DNA from: Eledone cirrhosa
Lineage: Eukaryota
Length of the DNA: 58,870 bases
NCBI GenBank assembly: GCA_964016885.1
Contig: CAXHJY010000017.1
Location: forward strand, 1-58,870
Direction: 5' to 3'
The stretch's first letter is position 1, and the number at the start of each line of letters is the position of its first letter. Shown piece by piece: positions 54,493 to 58,870 of this stretch. The translations under genes were made by a program, and so were the position numbers. The notes beneath the pieces were generated by a model. That model saw nothing but the letters and a program-made list of their open reading frames with translations, did not search any database and was not told where the DNA came from.

Positions 54493-57120
54493 ATGGCAAA
54501 AAGTACAAGTCTCCTTCGACCAAATCGCAACTACAACCGTTGTATACAGTGGAGCTACGAGCTTAACAAAGTATTATATGAAGCATACAAACAATCTGAA
54601 CCCCAAAAGTTCGGTTTTATGCAAAGGCTAAAAACTTTATGGAACTCCAAACACCTAGAATTAGACTTTTCTACAAAGCATTTAAATGAACAGGCAAAAC
54701 GTATCATTAGATGTAAATTGATACATCTAACGGAATTGAGTGATACTACAAATACAGCCCTTGTAGACAACCACCCCACCTCCACTGGCAGACAAAGAGA
54801 ATGGCCAGCTAAATCTAACAGTGAACAGCTCACCAACAATTTTGCTGAAATCCATCCCACTTCCACTGAAGAACAGCGAGAAAGGTCAGCTAACTCTGGT
54901 AGTAATTGCCACCACATCAACAACGAGGCTGAAATTCATGACTCTACTGAACAAACAGAGCACCAAAAACTTGTGGACACCCTACAAGTGATATGGAACG
55001 ATATGTTTCAAAAGATACACATCCTTAATGTGAGTGACAGACCATACAACACTAGAATCAGTAAAGAACCCACTAAATTGGAATTGGAAGCGGTGAACGA
55101 AATAGCTGGCAATTATCTGAAGGCTATACGATCTAAAGGTGTAGAAACGACATTTAAAACGCTTAATGTTTTGTTATATGTTTCAGCTGTCACATTGCTA
55201 TCATATAACACACATCTAAAACCACGCAATCAAGATACAAACAGAAAGCCTGAACCAGCGTGGATGCGAAATTTAAAAAGCAAAATTTTGTCCCTGAGAC
55301 GAAGTATCTCACACATCGCAGTCGTTATGAAATGCAACATAGAGAGCAACTTCACACGACACCAGCAAGACCTAAAGAAAAAGTTAGAGAGACGATTTGG
55401 AGATACAAAATTTAAAACTTTGAACTCCAAATTACACCAGTTGAAACAAGAACTCACAGCTACAACAGAAAGACTAAAATATAAGTCAACAGCACATAAA
55501 CGACAAGTGCTAAATAGATTGTTTGCCAGAGATCCTAAATCAGTTTATCGCAGCTTCGGTGACAAAAGCTCAATCCCTGTACACGACACCCCTTCAAAAG
55601 AACAGGTTGAGAGCTACTGGAGATCTGTATGGGAAACGGATGACGGATTCAACAGACAAGCTAATTGGCTAAAAGAACTGGAACAGGACTACTGCCAACA
55701 TGTCCAGATAAAACAATATGACATAGATGGGTCAACACTGGAAACAGCTCTACAGAAAATGTCGAATAGGAAATCGCCAGGCCCAGACCTCATTACAGGA
55801 TACTGGTTGAAGAATTTCACTTTCTATCGGCAAGATCTCATACGGCTGTTTACAGAAACCATTAAAGGCACACAAGAACTGCCCAGATGGTTATCAACTG
55901 CCACTACTCTCCTCATTCCCCAAAATAGCCAAACCACCCTTGCTAAAAATTACGGCCCAATAGCCTGCCAAAACATCATGTATAAATTATATACTGGGTG
56001 CCTTAACCTGTTCTTACAGGATCACTGTGCTACCAACAACATCATAACACCTGAGCAAGCTGGTGGAAAGAGGGAGGTGTGGGGTTGCATAGATCACCTA
56101 CTAACTAACAAAATTATTCAGGAAAAAACAACAAAGAATCGCAGAAACATGACTGTGGTGTGGCTGGACTATCAAAAAGCATTTGATAGTGTACCTCATG
56201 GGTGGATTATTAAGGCTTTACAGTTAGCTAAAGTCCCACAACCATTGGTAGCTGCTGTTGAACGCCTGACCAAGAACTGGTACACCAATTTGATCCTTAG
56301 AGGTGAGAAGGAGCAAGTTAAGACTGATAAGATACATTACCAGAAGGGCATCTTTCAGGGTGATAGCTTGTCAGTGCTACTCTTCGTTCTCTCACTGAAT
56401 CCACTATCTTACCTACTCAGGAAACAAGGTGGACAAAGAAGTGGGCCCAGAAGTATCTCCCATCTTTTCTTTGTTGATGACCTGAAGTTGTATGGGCCAA
56501 ATATCAATGACATCAAGAAACAATTGGACCTCATTACACAATTTTCAACCGACATCAAAATGAAATTTGGTGAGTCCAAGTGTGCATATTTGGCAGTAAA
56601 ACGTGGAAGAGCTGTGCCCTCCTCTAGAAATCTAGAGATGAACGGCCTGACAATACAACCTCTGCAGTCAGATGACAACTACAGATATCTTGGACAGGAT
56701 GAGAATGTCAGATATGATGGACCCATAAATAAGGAGAGAACCAGAACTGAATACCTCAGAAGAGTAAAGAAAATATGGTCATCAGAACTGTCAGCATACA
56801 ACAAATACATTGCCCACAATACTTATGCTGTGCCAATTCTAACGCCAACATTTGGCCTGCTGAACTGGTCATTGCAAGAACTAAGTGAGATGGATGTTAG
56901 AACTCGAAAATTTCTCAGTGTTACTGGGAACTTTAACATCAATGGTGATGTGGATAGGCTATACTTCTCACGCAAGGAAGGTGGCCGGGGTCTAAAATCA
57001 ATATTAACAACATATGATACCCGGATAGTAACACTGAAGCAACACCTTCAACAGAGGAAAAAGGTTGGCAACCATCTTGCCCAGGTTTATGAGCATGGAA
57101 AAAAAATATCATTAGAATAG
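54493..57120 (+). pseudogene. Reverse transcriptase part of the R4-like ORF (frameshifted at the A-run near 57099)
   Basis: KSPGPD, YGPIAC, WLDYQKAFDSVPH, GIFQGDSLS, HLFFVDDLKLY, YRYLG, GGRGL motifs. The reading continues in another frame (NIIRIA...VHGY...SHLEGY) with an in-frame stop. Confidence 0.92.
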
Positions 57121-57339
57121 CGACTGACCTGGAGGAGAGATATGGAATAAAGCCTGATATAAATCTCTCACCCAGAGAAATCGGAAGATCCTATTCAATG
57201 TTAAAACAAGATTAAAAAATTGACCAATTTACAGAAAAAGTTGTGCATGGATACTTGAGGCGTAAAACACAGACCATAGAGGGGATAAACCACTCAAAAA
57301 GCCTGGCATGGAGTTCCGACAAGTTTATGACATCACACC

Positions 57340-57993
57340 TTGAGGGATATCTCTATACAGGAACAAGAACTTCCTACCAAATATCTGCTGCACAAAAGAG
57401 GAGGGCCAGCAGCTGACAATAAATGTAGGCTATGTAAAACAAAGATCGAGGATGTAAGCCACATTGTTGCCAGCTGCGAAAGAATGTCATCTCGCTACTA
57501 CGTCCCCATGAGACACGATGGGATAGTTAGAACCATCTGGAACGCACTTCGGAAAACAAAATTAACAACAAACGAGGAAGAATATATTGAGACAGATGGC
57601 ACTAAGGAATACTGGTGGAACCTGAAAATAAAAACTGCCACCAAATTAAAGCACAACCGGCCTGATATTGTTGTTTGGGACCACACATTGAAAACGTGTT
57701 CTGTTGTGATCAGCTGCCCACTTGATGTAAACGTTGTCAGAAAAATACAGGAGATGGAGGACATCTACGGACCATTGATGAGGAGTTTACAAATCCAGTA
57801 TCCAAGATACACCTTTAGCTTCATACCCATCATTATTGGAGCTACGGGTTATATACCAACCCGCTTGGACCAAAGTATGACTGAACTTGGATTTGCGGAC
57901 AAAAAGCGCAGCTCCCTAATTCATAGTCTACAAATGGCTGCGATAGCTGGCACCTTCAAAATTTGCAAAACATTCTTGCGATTCAAGGGATGA
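57340..57993 (+). pseudogene. C-terminal zinc knuckle and restriction-like endonuclease of the same element
   Basis: CRLC..E..SHIVASC, RHD, HNRPDIVVWD, ISCPLD, IIIGATG motifs. Confidence 0.9.
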
Positions 57994-58152
57994 CAATTTC
58001 TTTTCTTTTACAACCTTGCCACCAGGAAGGTGGTCGGTCAAAAAAAATATACTCGAAATTAAGAGAAAGAGATATATAACATATATACATACATACATAC
58101 AAACATACATACATGCATGTATACATACATACAAACATACATACATGCATGT

Positions 58153-58183
<31 letters not shown>

Positions 58184-58185
58184 CA

Positions 58186-58217
<32 letters not shown>

Positions 58218-58403
58218 CATACATATATACATACATATATACATACATATATACATACATGCAGAACACACCAATACGCCTGACTATACGTGTGGTGATG
58301 AGGGGTGAGGTTGGAAAGGGAATGCTTGTCTGTCTGTGTGTACACGTGTACAGGTGTTATACGGTGATTAAATGCGTTTATATTTTAAGTATGGTTTTGA
58401 TTG

Positions 58404-58436
<33 letters not shown>

Positions 58437-58449
58437 TGTGTGTGCGTGT

Positions 58450-58800
58450 GTCACAGTGTATGTGTGTGAGTGTGTTTGTGTGTGTGTCAGTGTGTGTGAT
58501 AGTGTATGTGTGTGTGAGTGTGATAGTGTGTGTGTTAGTGTGTGTGATAGTGCATGTGTGTGTGTGAGTGTGTGTGATAGTGTATGTGTCTGTGAGTGTG
58601 TGTGTGAGAGTGTGTGATAGTGTATGTGTGTGTGAGTGTGTGTGATAGTGTATGTGTGTGAGAGTGTGTGTGATAGTTTATGTGTGTGTGAGAGTGTGTG
58701 ATAGTGTATGTGTGTATGAGTGTGTGTGATAGTGTATGTGTGTGAGAGTGTGTCTGATAGTGTATGTGTGTGTGAGTGTGTGTGTGATAGTGTATATGTA
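58450..58800. repeat. (GT)n-derived repeat with recurrent GTGATAGTGT
   Basis: Direct reading. Confidence 0.85.
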
Positions 58801-58870
58801 TATGTGTGTATGTGTGTTTGTGAGAGCGCTAGAGGTGTTGGTGTATGTGTGTATGTAGTGTGTATGTGTG

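Larger units (their letters stand above)
53858..58078 (+). mobile_element. Near full-length R4/Dong-like RLE non-LTR retrotransposon inserted in (CATA)n
   Basis: RT plus CCHC plus PD-(D/E)xK-type RLE coding region; (CATA)n-type tracts at 53250-53857 and from 58079; the 5' UTR has a ~167-bp tandem duplication (53985/54152). Confidence 0.88.

Overview
Repeat-saturated, AT-rich eukaryotic intergenic or intronic DNA. The dense (TA)n/(CATA)n/(CA)n microsatellites and the tRNA-derived SINE types suggest a coleoid cephalopod such as Octopus (inference). No intact host gene is evident, and nearly all ORF-track entries are microsatellite translations. Recognisable elements are: R4/Dong-like RLE non-LTR retrotransposons in (CATA)n tracts (one near full-length but broken), RTE-derived non-autonomous elements with (TATG)n tails, Tx1 and CRE-like LINE fragments, hATm and hAT-Charlie relics, mariner-type MITEs and about 30 SINE copies. 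The standout is a set of minimal type I hammerhead ribozyme (HHR) motifs in non-coding elements inserted in (TA)n. A near-identical 468-bp tandem array (26343-29043) carries one HHR per unit and has an inverted 5' arm, which is retrozyme/Penelope pseudo-LTR architecture. A diverged, circularly permuted copy at 49.2-49.7 kb shows a compensatory stem change. Several unrelated HHR-bearing fold-back families lie between 18 and 25 kb.
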